A stretch of DNA of 64,000 bases, taken from positions 103,666,001 through 103,730,000 of the forward strand of contig NC_086097.1 in NCBI RefSeq assembly GCF_963921235.1, written 5' to 3'. This document shows positions 1 through 13,300 of the stretch, in pieces; position 1 is the first letter of the stretch; each line of letters opens with the position of its first letter. The DNA is from Mobula hypostoma (taxonomy: Eukaryota). Position numbers and translations under genes: made by a program. Below the pieces are notes generated by a model. It was given only the letters and a program-made list of their open reading frames with translations. It did no database searches and was not told where the DNA came from.

Positions 1-431
1 AAGGTAAGAAATCTCATTTTGCAATTTCTCATTGTATTTTAATTTTCTTTTTCTTAGTTGTATTGCCATAAGTTAGGCAAAAAAATCCTTGGTCCAGAAA
101 ATTCACATGAAAAGTAGCTTTGAAACTATTCATCATTTAAACAGACGTCAATTGATTGTAACAGAAATGATTTTACCCATCTTCATTCTACATTCGGCAA
201 TATTTTAAATTAATATAATTTGTCATAAAAGCTCAAACTGACCTAGGAGATGGATTCAGGTTCATCCAGCCTGTTGTGTGAAAATGTGCTACCTGAAAAT
301 GTCAGCTCTAATTCGATAGCACTCCCCAAAGTAGGGAATTAATTAACTTAATGAATAGTTCTATTTCAAACACATAGTCACTCTCTGCAAAGTGGAAGAT
401 GAATTGCACTGAAAACTTGTTGCTAGGTTAT

Positions 432-1097
432 CAAGTTCAGTTCAGGTTTAACTGAACTGATTCAACCATACATGAACAGTCAGACACAGCACAAGGTACA
501 TACAGCACATATAATATTGCAGTAAACATATAGTTTCACAAAAACTATATCCCTGAGTCCATGGATGTTGTGGGCAAGAACAAACTCGCGACAGTCTGCA
601 CACAAATGTAATCCAGCTTGTCTTCCACCAAGCAAACACTGGATGCCAGCACGGATGCTGGGCGACACCGTCAGCAGTGTCTCCTGTACAGCTGTAAAAT
701 AAAACACCCTGGCACGAGGCCTAGTCCTTGCTATAACCTGGGACATGCTGCTCCCCAACCATCAGCCCCACCAGTAAACCAGTGAACCGGACTTGCAGCA
801 TTTCACGTTACCAATGTCCAACAGGGTCTCGCAATCACAAGAAAAGCAACTTGGACAATTACTTGCTGTTAGACTGCAGACCACCTTTGCGCACCGATTC
901 CGATGCCTCTCTATAGCGAGCACCAACAAAGTCCGCAACAAGTATAGCTCCTCCACTAACCAGCAATTCGCTAATGGGGTAGACCTGCACTATTTAAAGT
1001 TCTTAATGTCCAGCAGTGTCTTGCGATCATAAAGAGAACATTAACACCTTTAGTTGGCCCCATAGAGGCCACTGCGTCTGAGCGCGCCACCATCTTA
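432..1097 (-). mobile_element. Probable non-autonomous retroposon (LINE-dependent)
   Basis: Minus strand begins AAGATGGTGGCGCG, CpG-richer than flanks, ends in (CTGAA)-like short repeats; no credible ORF. Confidence 0.4.
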
Positions 1098-2519
1098 CCA
1101 TAAATTCACCATTCACCAAATCATTCAATTATTTTTAAAGAATATTAAAACAATTCATAACATTGCAACACTGATGCAAGCCAGTAAAGTCCACAGCTCT
1201 GAAGTGAAATGGATCTAAAAATCTGGTACACTTGAGCTTCCTCCCTCTATCTAAATTTGTCAGTGTAACCTGCTTTTCCCTTCTCCTCATACATTGGTCC
1301 AACTCTTTACATGCACAAGTGTTCAGCACAATCACTCCCTGTGGCAACAAGGTCCACATTCTCATCATTCTTTGGGAAAGAACTTTCTTCTGAATTCTCA
1401 AAATGGAATCCTTGCTGACTACTGTACAATGAAATATGCTCTCTATTAACCATATCAAAACTTTTCAATCTTTTAAATATTTTGTTATTTCTCCAACCTC
1501 TGTTTCTCAACAGAAGAGTCAGATCTTCTCATCTTTTTCCAATGTGTATAATCCTTGCAATTATAGCACAACGTTGTATGTGTTCTCTGCACTCATACTG
1601 AATTTTTGTAACCTGCAAACAAGAGGTATAGGCAGTACTTCAGGTGTTATCTAACAAAAATTCAACAGGTTTAACATAACCTCCCTGCTTTTCGACTCTA
1701 TTGCTTTATGTTCAGATTCCCCTGCCTGGAGAATATTGATCAATAATCTAATTGGCGAATTGCGAAAATTGACAGGTATGGTTATAATATGGTTGGATTA
1801 ATGGGCAAAGAACCAGATCCTTGGGCTATTGCTCACATCTCACAATAACAAATTTAAATGGTAAATTTAAATGCAACCAGTGAAATTAATCTGAAATAAA
1901 ACAGTTAGCCTTGGTAATGGTAACCAGAAGACTAACAGATTGTCAATCTAGCAGTGTTCATTCTTCCCTAGATCCAAAAACTACAACATTAAAGTCCATA
2001 AGTGATATGTGAACAATTGTTTCTTCATAAGGAGAACAAGAAATTTGAAATCCTACCCACTCACAAAAGACTGCTGGAGTTAGCTCAACTGATTATTCCA
2101 AATTCCCAGACAGTATTTTGGATCACAGTATTTTAAAACAATGCAGAAAAAGCAAGAAGATGAAGTTAAATTGTAAGTTGGCTATGATCTTATGGAATGA
2201 CAGAACCTCAAGGATTTAAGTGGCCTGTGTATGTACTCTCCCTAAGCAGGTGGCTATAAAAAAACTAAAATATAATAATAATTTCTCAGAATTTGAATTA
2301 ATAAATTAATAATTATTCTGCATAAATTATCTTTAAAAGAGTTTTTAGCATATAAGGAAGAGTCTGGTTACACAATCACAACGAACTGGCCTGGAAAAAA
2401 AAACAGGGAATGATGTGGTTTACTTAAATATTGACACATTTCTCAGACCATTGGTTGTACATGCTACATGCAACAAAGATTGAAGTAATCAGTCTGAAAC
2501 TCAATCAATATTTGCTAAC

Positions 2520-2592
2520 CTGGGTGTAGTGGATGGTAAAGATGGCGTGTGATCGACTGCTGGCATCATGGATATGGGTAGCAGCAGTGATT
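2520..2592 (-). CDS. STARD9: STARD9 kinesin motor exon containing switch I, 73 nt
   Basis: ttttag|AATCACT...ACCCAG|gttagc; (R)ITAATHIHDASSRSHAIFTIHYTQ, STARD9-type rather than KIF16B-type sequence. Confidence 0.93.
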
Positions 2593-3169
2593 CTAAAACA
2601 GAAGCACACAGATAGAAAAGAATCAAATATAACTGCAAATGAATCCAGAATTACACCACATCTAAAGAAGATGGAGGAACTCAGCAAGTCAGGCAATATT
2701 GATGAGGGGAAATGTTGGAGACGGACATGAAAGCACAGAGGATCTTCTCAAAAAATTTCTGAAACGCCAGTTCACTGCTGTTGCTACTGCGTGAACCTCT
2801 TGGAGGGAAGGCCTCAAAATTCCTGGCTTTGCCTGCTGTTGGCGACCGAGATGGAGGTTGAATCATTCGGATAGAGATGGCGCTCAGTACTTGGTGTGGG
2901 AGAGCTGATCAGAGTTCAAAATTTTCCGATGACTCAGAGTCAGACCGTGGTCAGGTATGGCAGGGAGAGTTTTCCTTCTTTCTCCTGTCTGCTTGAGATG
3001 TGGGACATCTGAGAGACTTTGAACTTTTTACTGTGCTCATGGACTTCTTCATCAAGTTATGGTATTGTTGCACTGTTGTAACTATATGTTATAATTGTGT
3101 GGTTTTGTTAGTTTTTTTCAGTCTTGGTCTGTCTTGTCTTTTGTGCTATAACACCGGAGGAAATATTGT

Positions 3170-4943
3170 ATAGAAACATAGAAACATAGAAAATAGGTGC
3201 AGGAGTAGGCCATTCGGCCCTTCGAGCCTGCACCGCCATTTATTATGATCATGGCTGATCATCCAACTCAGAACCCAGCCTTCCCTCCATACCCCCTGAC
3301 CCCTGTAGCCACAAGGGCCATATCTAACTTCCTTTTAAACATAGCTAATGAACTGGCCTCAACAGTTTGCTGTGGCAGAGAATTCCACAGATTCACCACT
3401 CTCTGTGTGAAGAAGTTTTTCCTAACCTCGGTCCTAAAAGGCTTCCCCTCTATCCTCAAACTGTGACCCCTCGTTCTGGACCTCCCCAACATCGGGAACA
3501 ATCTTCCCGCATCTAGCCTGTCCAATCCCTTTAGGATCTTATACGTTTCAATCAGATCCCCCCTCAATCTTCTAAATTCCAACGAGTACAAGCCCAGTTC
3601 ATCCAGTCTTTCTTCATATGAAAGACCTGCCATCCCAGGAATCAATCTGGTGAACCTTCTTTGTACTCCCTCTATGGCAAAGATGTCTTTCCTCAGATTA
3701 GGGGACCAAAACTGCACACAATACTCCAGGTGTGGTCTCACCAAGGCCTTGTACAACTGCAGTAGTACCTCCCTGCTCCTGTACTCAAATCCTCTCGCTA
3801 TAAATGCCAGCATACCGTTCGCCTTTTTCACCGCTTGCTGTACCTGCATGCCTACTTTCAATGACTGGTGTATAATGACACCCAGGTCTCGTTGCACCTC
3901 CCCTTTTCCTAATCGGCCACCATTCAGATAATAATCTGTTTTCCTATTTTTGCCACCAAAGTGGATAACTTCACATTTATCCACATTAAATTGCATCTGC
4001 CATGAGTTTGCCCACTCACCCAACCTATCCAAGTCACCCTGCATCCTCTTTGCATCCTCCTCACTGCTAACACTGCCACCCAGCTTCGTGTCATCCGCAA
4101 ACTTGGAGATGCTGCATTTAATTCCCTCATCCAAGTCATTAATATATATTGTAAACAACTGGGGTCCCAGCACTGAGCCTTGCGGTACCCCACTAGTCAC
4201 CGCCTGCCATTCTGAAAAGGTCCCGTTTATTCCCACTCTTTGCTTCCTGTCTGCTAACCAATTCTCCACCCACACCAATACCTTACCCCCAATACCGTGT
4301 GCTTTAAGTTTGCACACTAATCTCCTGTGTGGGACCTTGTCAAAAGCCTTTTGAAAATCCAAATATACCACATCCACTGGTTCTCCCCTATCCACTCTAC
4401 TAGTTACATCCTCAAAAAATTCTATGAGATTCGTCAGACATGATTTTCCTTTCACAAATCCATGCTGACTTTGTCCGATCATTTCACCGCTTTCCAAATG
4501 TGCTGTTATCACATCCTTGATAACTGACTCCAGCAGTTTCCCCACCACCGACGTTAGGCTAACCGGCCTATAATTCCCCGGTTTCTCTCTCCCTCCTTTT
4601 TTAAAAAGTGGGGTTACATTAGCCACCCTCCAATCCTCAGGAACTAGTCCAGAATCTAACGAGTTTTGAAAAATTATCACTAATGCATCCACTATTTCTT
4701 GGGCCACTTCCTTAAGCACTCTGGGATGCAGACCATCTGGCCCTGGGGATTTATCTGCCTTCAATCCCTTCAATTTACCTAACACCACTTCCCTACTAAC
4801 ATGTATTTCGCTGAGTTCCTCCATCTCACTGGACCCTCTGTCCCTTACTATTTCTGGAAGATTATTTATGTCCTCCTTAGTGAAGACAGAACCAAAGTAA
4901 TTATTCAATTGGTCTGCCATGTCCTTGCTCCCCATAATCAATT
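3170..4943 (-). mobile_element. CR1 LINE, 5'-truncated, uninterrupted reverse transcriptase ORF2 portion
   Basis: ORF 3268-4962 with PQGSVLGP and FADD RT motifs; 3' tail (TTTCTATG)n at 3170-3195. Confidence 0.95.
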
Positions 4944-5014
4944 TCTTAATGCATGCATGCATTACTAAATTACAATAAAAGAGGACTGCGTGTCTTCATA
5001 ATCTAAAAAAAAAA

Positions 5015-5160
5015 GGGACAATTAATGTTTTAGGTGCAGATGAAGTGTCTCAGCCTGAAACATTGACTAGCCATTTTCCTCCATATATGCTGCCTGAAAC
5101 ATTGAGTTCCTACAGCTTCTTGTGTTGTTCCACATTCACGTATCTGCAATCTTTTGTGAC
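5015..5160 (+). mobile_element. Degenerate Penelope-like terminal remnant with decayed hammerhead motif
   Basis: cagatgaagtgtctcagcctgaaacattgac followed by atgctgcctga, homologous to 40343-40440. Confidence 0.55.
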
Positions 5161-5972
5161 ACTAGTATGAAACAGTTCATTTTAAAACTCTGTTTTTATT
5201 TATGATTTTAAAAATTCTAAAGACCACTTCACAAATTATTGTCACTGAGAAGGTGAGTTAAGTGTTGTTGTTTCCATGGAACTGCTTCTGGGTGGTAGAG
5301 GTTGCAGGCTTGGGTGGTGTTATTGGAGTAGCCCTATGATCAACTGCAGTGAATTTTTATGGTGGTACATATAGCATCAATGTGGTGTGAGTAAACATTA
5401 AGGGTTGTTCCAGATGATCTCAATGCCTGTTTTTGCTCGCTTTGACTGTCAAAACATGGAAGCACCTTCACAAACTCCACAACCTCTGATGACCCTGTGA
5501 TTTCAGTCTCTGAAGTCGATGAAAGAACGTACTTCAGGAGGATGAAGCCATGGAAAACACCTGGGCACGATGGGGTACCTGGCGAGTCCTAAAGACCTGT
5601 GCTGATCAATTGACCTCTCGCTTCAGTAGTCTGAGGTATCCACCTGCTTCAAACAAGCTTCATTTATACAAGTGCCTAAGAAGAATGTAATAACCTGTCT
5701 CAACCAGTCACATTGACAGTACCTCCACTATGAAGAAGTACTTTGAGACACTAATGATGAAACATATCAACTTCTGCCTGAGAAGCGACTTGGATCCACA
5801 ACAGGTCCACAGCAGATGCCATTTCATTAGCTCTTCACTCAACCCTGGAACATCTGGACAGTGAAGATGCATACATCAGGATGCTCTTCAATGGCTACAG
5901 ATCAGCATTCAATACTATCATCCCCTCAAAACTGTGCCTCAATACCTCCTTGTGCAACTGGATCCTCGATTT

Positions 5973-7391
5973 AAGGTTCATTTATTATCAAAGTACACAT
6001 CTTTTGAGATTCTTCTTCTCCAGGTAGCCACGAAATCAAGAAAAAAAAATGCAACACGATCATCAATTCCCAAACCCCCCGCCTCACACAAAACGCAAAA
6101 AGAACATCGTCCTCCAAATCCCCTTCTCCCCACACAAAGAAACTAACAAAAGTAAAATACAACAGGAACATCGATCCAGATCCCCCTCCCTCGCACAATA
6201 CAAATGAGAAAGAATGGGCAAAAACACAGAATATTAAAAACTATAAGGCTGTAAAAAGTCCATAGTCCAAATCCATATCTATAAATGCAGAAAAACTTCA
6301 GTAACATCCTCCAGATACAGCAACAGGCCACACAAGCTCCCTTTTCAGGCAGCAAAGCGATCACACCAGTGATCAGAACCTGGTCCCAACACATTGATAT
6401 AGTCATAGAAAAGGCAAGACAGCGGCTATACTTTATTAGGAGTTTGAAGAGATTTGGCATGTCAACAAATACACTCACAAACTTCTAGTTGTACCGCGGA
6501 GAGCTTTCTGACAGGCTGCATCACTGTCTGATATGGAGGGGCTACTGCACAGGCCCGAAAGAAGCTGCAGAAGGTTGTAAATCTAGTCGGCTTCATCTTG
6601 GGCACTAGCCTACAATGTACCCAGGACATCTTCAAGGAGCGGTGTCTCAGAAAGACAGCATCTATTATTAAAGACCTCCAGCACCCAGGGCATGCCCTTT
6701 TCTCACTGTTACCATCAGGTAGGAGATACAGAAGCCTGAAGGCACACACTCAGCGATTCAGGAACAGCTTCTTCCCCTCTGCCATCCGATTCCTGAATGG
6801 ACTTTGAAGCTTTGGACACTATCTCACTTTTTTAATGTACAGTATTTCTGTTTTTGTACATTTTTAAATAATCTATTCAATATGTTTAATTTACTTGTTT
6901 ATTTATTATGTTTTATTTTATTTATTATAACTATTTTTTTCTGTCTCTGCTAGATGATGTATTGCATTGAACTGCTGCTGCTAAGTTAACAAATTTCATG
7001 TCACATGCCGGTGATAATAAACCTGATTCTGATTCTGATCAGAAGGCAGGCAGCCGGCACTCACCTTTGGCATTCACATCTCTCTCGTCACTTTAATCAG
7101 CAAACAATGAAAGCTTTAATTAGCAAAATGAAGTCAAATATCAGCTCATGCTCATTGCCTCCCAGAATCTTCTTGGAGACAGCAAAGTGCTGGATCACCT
7201 AAACGATCTCCAAAGTGCTGGATCACCCAAACAATCTAAAAAACTGCAAATCACAGGCTCCAAGAGCTCCAGGAACACATTCAAGGTGAAAAACAGATTT
7301 AGAAAACATAAAAGAAGTGAAATAAATAATTTTGTCATCTATCCAGAAGATGTCAACTGTGGGAGCATTGTATGCACGCGCCATCTTGACA
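5973..7391 (-). mobile_element. Probable non-autonomous retroposon, itself interrupted at ~6375-7039
   Basis: Flanked by GATTT duplication (5968-5972, 7392-7396); minus strand starts TGTCAAGATGGCGCG and ends TACTTTGATAATAAATGAACCTT. Confidence 0.5.
6375..7039 (+). mobile_element. Rex/Babar-like LINE 3' fragment
   Basis: KARQRLYFIRSLKRFGM and LLPSGRRYRSL...RFRNSFFPSAIR; AATAAA then (ATTCTG)n tail. Confidence 0.8.
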
Positions 7392-7663
7392 GATTTCCTC
7401 ACTTGCAGACCCCAGTCAGTTAGGATTGACAACATCTCCACAATTACCAACAGGCCAGGTGCACCACAAGGTTGTGTGCTTAGCCCTCTGCCCTATTCAC
7501 TTTATACTTGTGACTGTATGGGTAAGCAGAGCTCTAATACCATATTTGTTTGCTGTCAATACCACTGTCGCTGGCCAAATCAAAGGTGGTGATGATTCAG
7601 CAGATACGAGAGATTGAAAATCTGGCTGAGTGGTGACACAACAACAACCTCTCAAATGCTAGC

Positions 7664-8065
7664 CATAAGACCATAAGACAAGGGAGCAGAGGTCAGCCAT
7701 TCGGCCCATCGAGTCTGCTCCGCCATTTTATCATGAGCTGATCCATTCTCCCATTTAGTCCCACTCCCCTGCCTTCTCACCATAACCTTTGATGCCCTGG
7801 CTACTCAGATACCTATCAATCTCTGCCTTAAATACACCCACTGACTTGGCCTTCACTGCTGCCCGTGGCAACAAATTCCATTGATTCACCACCCTCTGAC
7901 TAAAAAAAATTTCTTCGCATTTCTGTTCTGAATGGGCGACCTTCAATCCTTAAGTCATGCCCTCTCGTACTAGACTCCCCCATCATGGGAAACAACTTTG
8001 CCACATCTACTCTGTCCATGCCTTTCAACTTTCGAACTGTTTCTATGAGGTCTCCCCTCATTCTT
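7664..8065 (-). mobile_element. CR1 3' fragment
   Basis: Near-identical to 42110-42510; (ATGGTCTT)n tail; CTAGC duplicated at 7659-7663 and 8066-8070. Confidence 0.9.
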
Positions 8066-9172
8066 CTAGCAAGACCAAGGAGCTGGTTATTGGCTTCAAG
8101 AAGAGGAAACTGGAGATTCATGAGCCAGTGCTTATTGGGGATCAGAGGTGGAGAAGATCGCCAACTTTAAATTCCTCAGTGTTATAATTTCAGAGGATCT
8201 GTCCTGGGTCCAGCATGTGAATACCATTATGGAAAAAAAGCATGGCAGCACCTCTACTTTCTTAGAAGTTTGAGAAGATTCAGCATGTCATCTAAAACTT
8301 TGACAAACTTCCATAGATATGCAGTGCAGGGTACATTGACTGGTTGCATCATGTTCTGTTATGGAAAGACCACTGCCCTTGAACAGAGAAGCCTACAGAA
8401 AATAGCGGATACACCCAGTCCATCACAGTTAAATCCCTTTCCACCACATCTACGTGAAGTGTTGCCACAGGAAAGCATCATCCATCATCAAAGATCCCCA
8501 CCATCCAGGCCATGTGTTCTTCTTGCAGCTGCCATCAGTAAGGAGGTACAAGAGCCTCAGGACCCACACCACAAGGCTCAGGAATCAATTATTAGGCTCT
8601 TGAACCAGAGGGGATAATTTCACATACCCCATCACTGAACTGTTCCCACAACCTATGGACTAACTTTCAAGGATTTCTTCATTTCATGTTCTTGATATTT
8701 ATTGCTGCATGTATGTTTGTTTGTTTTCTTTAAATTTCTTTTTTTATTTGCACAGTTTGTTGTCTTTTGCACATTTGATGTCCGCTCTATTGGGTGCAGT
8801 CTTTCATTGATTCTACTGTGTTTCTTAGATTTACTATGAAAGCCTGCAAGAAAATGAACTTTAGGGTTATATGTACAATAAATGGTGGCATATATGTACT
8901 TTGATAAAATATTTACCTTGAACTTTGATCAATGTTAGAGATATCTTGTGGTAGTGAAATATGCTGAATAAATTTAACTATTTCTTCTTTCTCACTCGAA
9001 GGAAAGAATCTAAGTTTTCCTTACCCCACTTAACACAGCAGTAATGTATCACACATCTTCAAAATAACATCCAGCAACTTAAACTGAGATGAAGAACTTA
9101 CATTGAATTTTCCAAACTGGGATGTGTAAGAAGTGTAAATTCTGAACAGAGTGAAGGATGCTTTATTATGTA

Positions 9173-10097
9173 TACTGTGCTTATAAAAAGTATTCACCCC
9201 CTTGGAAGTTTACATGTTTTATTGTTTTACAATATTGAATCATTGCTTTTTTGACACTGATCAACAGAAAAAGACTCTTTCGTGTCAAAAAGTGAAAACA
9301 GATCTCTACAAAGTGATCTAAATTAGTCACAAATATAAAACACAAAATTATTGATCGCTTAAGTCAGGGGTGGCCAACCTGTTACATTCCATGCGTCAAT
9401 TTTTTCACTCACGAGTTCAGATGCGCCATACAACTCTTGTAACCCCATCCAATTCTTGTAAAAATGTTAATATAGAACTCCTGTGAAAAAAATCGCATCT
9501 GAACTCGTGCGTGAAAAAATTGACGCATGGAATGTAAAAGGTTGGTTACCCCTGGCTTAAGTATTCACTCCCTTTAATATGACACACCAAATCATCACTG
9601 GTGCAGCAAACTGGTTTTAGAAGTCACGTAATTAGTTAAATGGAAATCTGTTTTCAGAGGCCTGTGTGCACTCAAGGTGTTTCAATTATCTGAAATAAAA
9701 ATACATCTGTATCTGGAAGGTGCAACTGCTGGTGAGTCAGTAGCCTGGCAAAAACTACACCATGAAGACAAAAGAACAGTCTGAGCATCTCCACAAACAG
9801 ATTATTAAAAAGCACAAGTCAGGAGATGGATACAAGAAAATTTCCAAGTCACTGAATATCCCTTGGAGTACAGTGAAACCAATCAGCAAGAAATGGAAAG
9901 AATATGGCACAGCTGTAAATCTGCTTAGAGCAGGCCGTCCTCAAAAACTGAGCGACCATGCAAGAAGGGACTAGTGAAGGAGGCCACCAAGAGACTGTGC
10001 ACAGAACAGCTGTTGTCTGGGTGCTTCACCAGTCACAGGTTTATGGAAGATTGGCGAAGAGAAAGCCACTGTTGAAAAAAAACTGACATGAAATCTC
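9173..10097 (+). mobile_element. Tc1-family DNA transposon, 5' half (left terminus and N-terminal HTH of transposase)
   Basis: ORF 9762-9974 KHKSGDGYKKISKSLNIPWSTVK...GRPQKLS, typical Tc1 paired-like domain. Confidence 0.85.
9365..9554. mobile_element. hAT-type MITE
   Basis: CAGGGG...CCCCTG termini, ~60-bp imperfect TIRs, perfect 8-bp TSD GCTTAAGT (9357-9364, 9555-9562). Confidence 0.9.
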
Positions 10098-10252
10098 AAT
10101 CTGTTTTATTCTTCTCACTGATGCCAAATTCATGCATGTTCCTAATCAATTAAATACCAAATAACACACTGAAGGTTGAACAGGAGGAACGATGAAAACT
10201 GATTGTTTATAATACAACAATAAGTCAGGAATGCTCAGAAGATAGTGGATAC

Positions 10253-10322
10253 CTATTCGCAATCCCTTCCTCCAAAAGTTGCACAAGTTGCTTGTAGTCT
10301 GAAACCAAGTGCTGAGATAATC
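10253..10322 (-). CDS. STARD9: STARD9 kinesin motor exon, 70 nt
   Basis: ttccacag|GATTAT...GAATAG|gtatcc; (G)LSQHLVSDYKQLVQLLEEGIAN(R), phases match both neighbours. Confidence 0.92.
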
Positions 10323-13300
10323 CTGTGGAAATACACAAACATTACAGTAAATTTTTAATCTAGGAATACCTAATCAAGTGTAGTGTCTTGCTGGTGGAAA
10401 GCCCCCCTCAACACACACAATCTCATCCCCAGAAGTGGATGTCCTCCACAGACTGAGGGCAGACCACTCACACATACCAAATTTCCCTGAAATACATTTC
10501 CCTATCCTGACTTTCATGTCTATAGACATGAACTCACTGAGATATAGATTCTACAGATATTGCTTTTTTATGATTCCACATTCACCTGTATTAGGATCCA
10601 ATGCCACAGCTCTGCCCAGTCTTAATTTTTATAAATCTTTATAAAGTTAACAAAGATAGAAAACCCAACTACATGATAATATTGGACGACTTGATAATAC
10701 TGGTGGAATATCCAAAATCACAGTATAAGGTACTGTGAGGTTGCATCACAGTTATTAAATCTCAACACAAATTAAAAATAGTATGTTAAATTATGTTATG
10801 CTTTTAGATTTCAAAATGTTATTCCCAAAAATACTCAAAAGACAACCCTTTCTAATTTAAATTACAAATTAACACTCCTCGGAAAAATGAAAGATGATTT
10901 TATAAATGTACCTGCGAAATACCTCAGAAATATTAAATCCTATTCAAATTGCAGCAGCCTAATATAACTGAGAAACTATTCCCCAGCGCTTTAATAAGCT
11001 ATTTCCTGACATCAATCAGATCAGTTAACATTTGTGCACAGCTGTGAGAATGACCTCCTCCAGAAATCAGTCTCCTCTTTGCTGATAATGGCTGGCAAAA
11101 GCCCAGTAACAAAGTCTGTGTAATTGCATCAGCTTACTAAAAGAAAATCAATAACATCTCGCCAAAGAAATAAGTATTTAAAGTCAAAAGGTGGAGCTAA
11201 CGAGTTATAGGGGAATGGACTATGAACTTGGAAACTTCTACTAAATTAGATTCTAATAATGATTTTGATAAAGTTTTCGAAGAGCATCACAATGAGGGCT
11301 TCTGAGGTTGAATCATATTCAGTGTTTAAAATCAAGAAGATACTGCTCATTAGTCATAGTCATACTTTATTAATCCCGGGGGACATTGGTTACGGGATTG
11401 GTTGTGCACTGAAAAATGCCTCACTGGCTCAAACATAGTTTTTTCAGAGGGATGGGACCGATGCAAGTTGCTATGTAATGAAGGATACACTGCTCAAACT
11501 TTAATCTGCACAATGCCACAATAGGTCAATGAAGCCACAATTAGTCAAACCAGCTGTCTGGCCGGGATATCGAGCATAGGTCTGTTCCTTTAATGCCTTC
11601 GGCTCCTTGCACAGTCTAAATATACAGTGGAGATGTGGCCTCATTGCTGGTTGGTTGCCAAAACCATTTGAAATCATTTCTCTTCAAGGACTGCAGCTGG
11701 CTCTTAAAGGAGAGATGCAGCTATCATTTTGTTTTATTACCACACTAACTCCAGTGCTTTAAAAGCTGCCACATGGAAATCATCAGCTACAATATTTGGA
11801 AGCTTTGCCAAAGGAAAAAAAGATTACTTCCAGGCACAAAGGCAATCAATATCACAATCTAAGATTCTAGAGGTTTAATACCATGGCCCTAAATAAAGCT
11901 CCTTAATAAACAGTGTGTAATTACAAATCACTAATCCCATCGACCAGATACAGAAATTGTTTTGCACTCCTAGACTATGGATATGCAATCACTCCATTCA
12001 CAACTCCCTTGTATTTTAGCTAACCAATGCTTAATTATTAGAGCTAAGAGTTCACTATTGGTTCAGAATCAGTAAAACACTGCAAAAACATTTTTAGCCT
12101 CACAGGACACCTACCACTAGTCACCAACAAAAGTGGAAAAAATTCAATTTGTGAATTATTTATAAAATGCATGGAATTTTAACATAGGTTGAATGTTTGA
12201 CAGGATGCATGAGACAGTAAACAGGAAAACTGCACGTAATAATCAAACCAACAACAATATGAAAGATAAATCAAGTCTGAAACATTAGTGCTGCTTCTAA
12301 TGAACTCAAACACTCATGCATAACCAAACAAAAGACATGGTTATTCTTTTAGTCAATAGTGACATCTGGAATGGCTAGTTCCAAAATCAAAACATATGGA
12401 AAAAGTAAAAGAATATTCATGAAGGGCTGCTCTGTGTTTTCCTGCAACACAAGGCTGAAAAGGATCCAACAGGATACAAGGGGTTCCCAGTATGATGGAA
12501 TAATAAAAATACTTTGTATAAAGCAGCCAACAATACACTGAGATTTTTTAAAAATGTGAACCACATTTGACTCCATGGCAATTTCATAATTTAAAACTTC
12601 AATATCATATCACATCTTCGCTTCTGAGAAAAGATTTCCAGCTTCAAGAGTCTCTCATATAACTATATCTCATCTCTGAAATCATCTATACATTCTATTC
12701 AATCCCTTGATATTTTTCAAAGGTTAAGTATTCTATAATAGATTTAACATTCACTTTTTGCTCTTTCCTCTCTATATCCCATTAACCATGGTTATAACTT
12801 TGCATTGGCTTAAACCCTGGAGTTCACTGTATCTGTGACTGTCTTTCCAACTTGTTGCTGGAAATTTTGGGAATCCTGCACATGCACACATTATCATGAA
12901 AGTCTATAAATGACAGATGTTAACAAGGAATCTCTGATTATACTATGACATTGGGCTCATGAATAACAATGATGGTGTGTGAAATTTCCATACTTACCCA
13001 CCATTTTAGCTGCCAAGTAGCGCTGCTGCAATAACAGGCCTCAAGGGTGTTTTAGTTCATTATTTTAAACTTTCTGAATATTTTTGCCTTTGAGTGTTTC
13101 AAATCTACTTAAGCTTTTTATTTTAATTAAATAAAATCTTTAAATATTTTTATTAGTTTCTTTCTGTATTGAAGTCTTCTGGCTGCTTTGTGACTGTGAC
13201 TTGTCCTGACCCATCACATGATGGGAGTGATTATCAAATCCCTGAAACGGCACAGGCCATTCAACACAGCTTTTAAGTCCACAAGCTCCCTTTGAGGGAT

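Larger units (their letters stand above)
5415..8930 (+). mobile_element. Degraded Rex/Babar-like LINE split by later insertions (segments ~5415-5972, 7392-7663, 8066-8930)
   Basis: RT fragments [11 protein letters not shown] and MRRFSMSSKTLTNFHRY; segments rejoin when inserts are removed (gatcctcgattt...gatttcctcacttgc). Confidence 0.75.

Noticed and set aside
1716..1775. Plus-strand 60-nt segment with ttcag| and |gtatgg boundaries and one open frame (SPAWRILINNLIGELRKLT)
   Set aside because: No recognisable homology or partner exons; such splice-like pairs arise by chance
1..2519. Downstream exon expected to encode LVDLAGSE (switch II)
   Set aside because: No such coding sequence seen on the minus strand; probably outside the window
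3650..4354. Antisense ORFs over CR1 RT (also 52039-52738 and 20089-20655)
   Set aside because: Shadow frames of LINE coding sequence repeated across copies; no independent evidence
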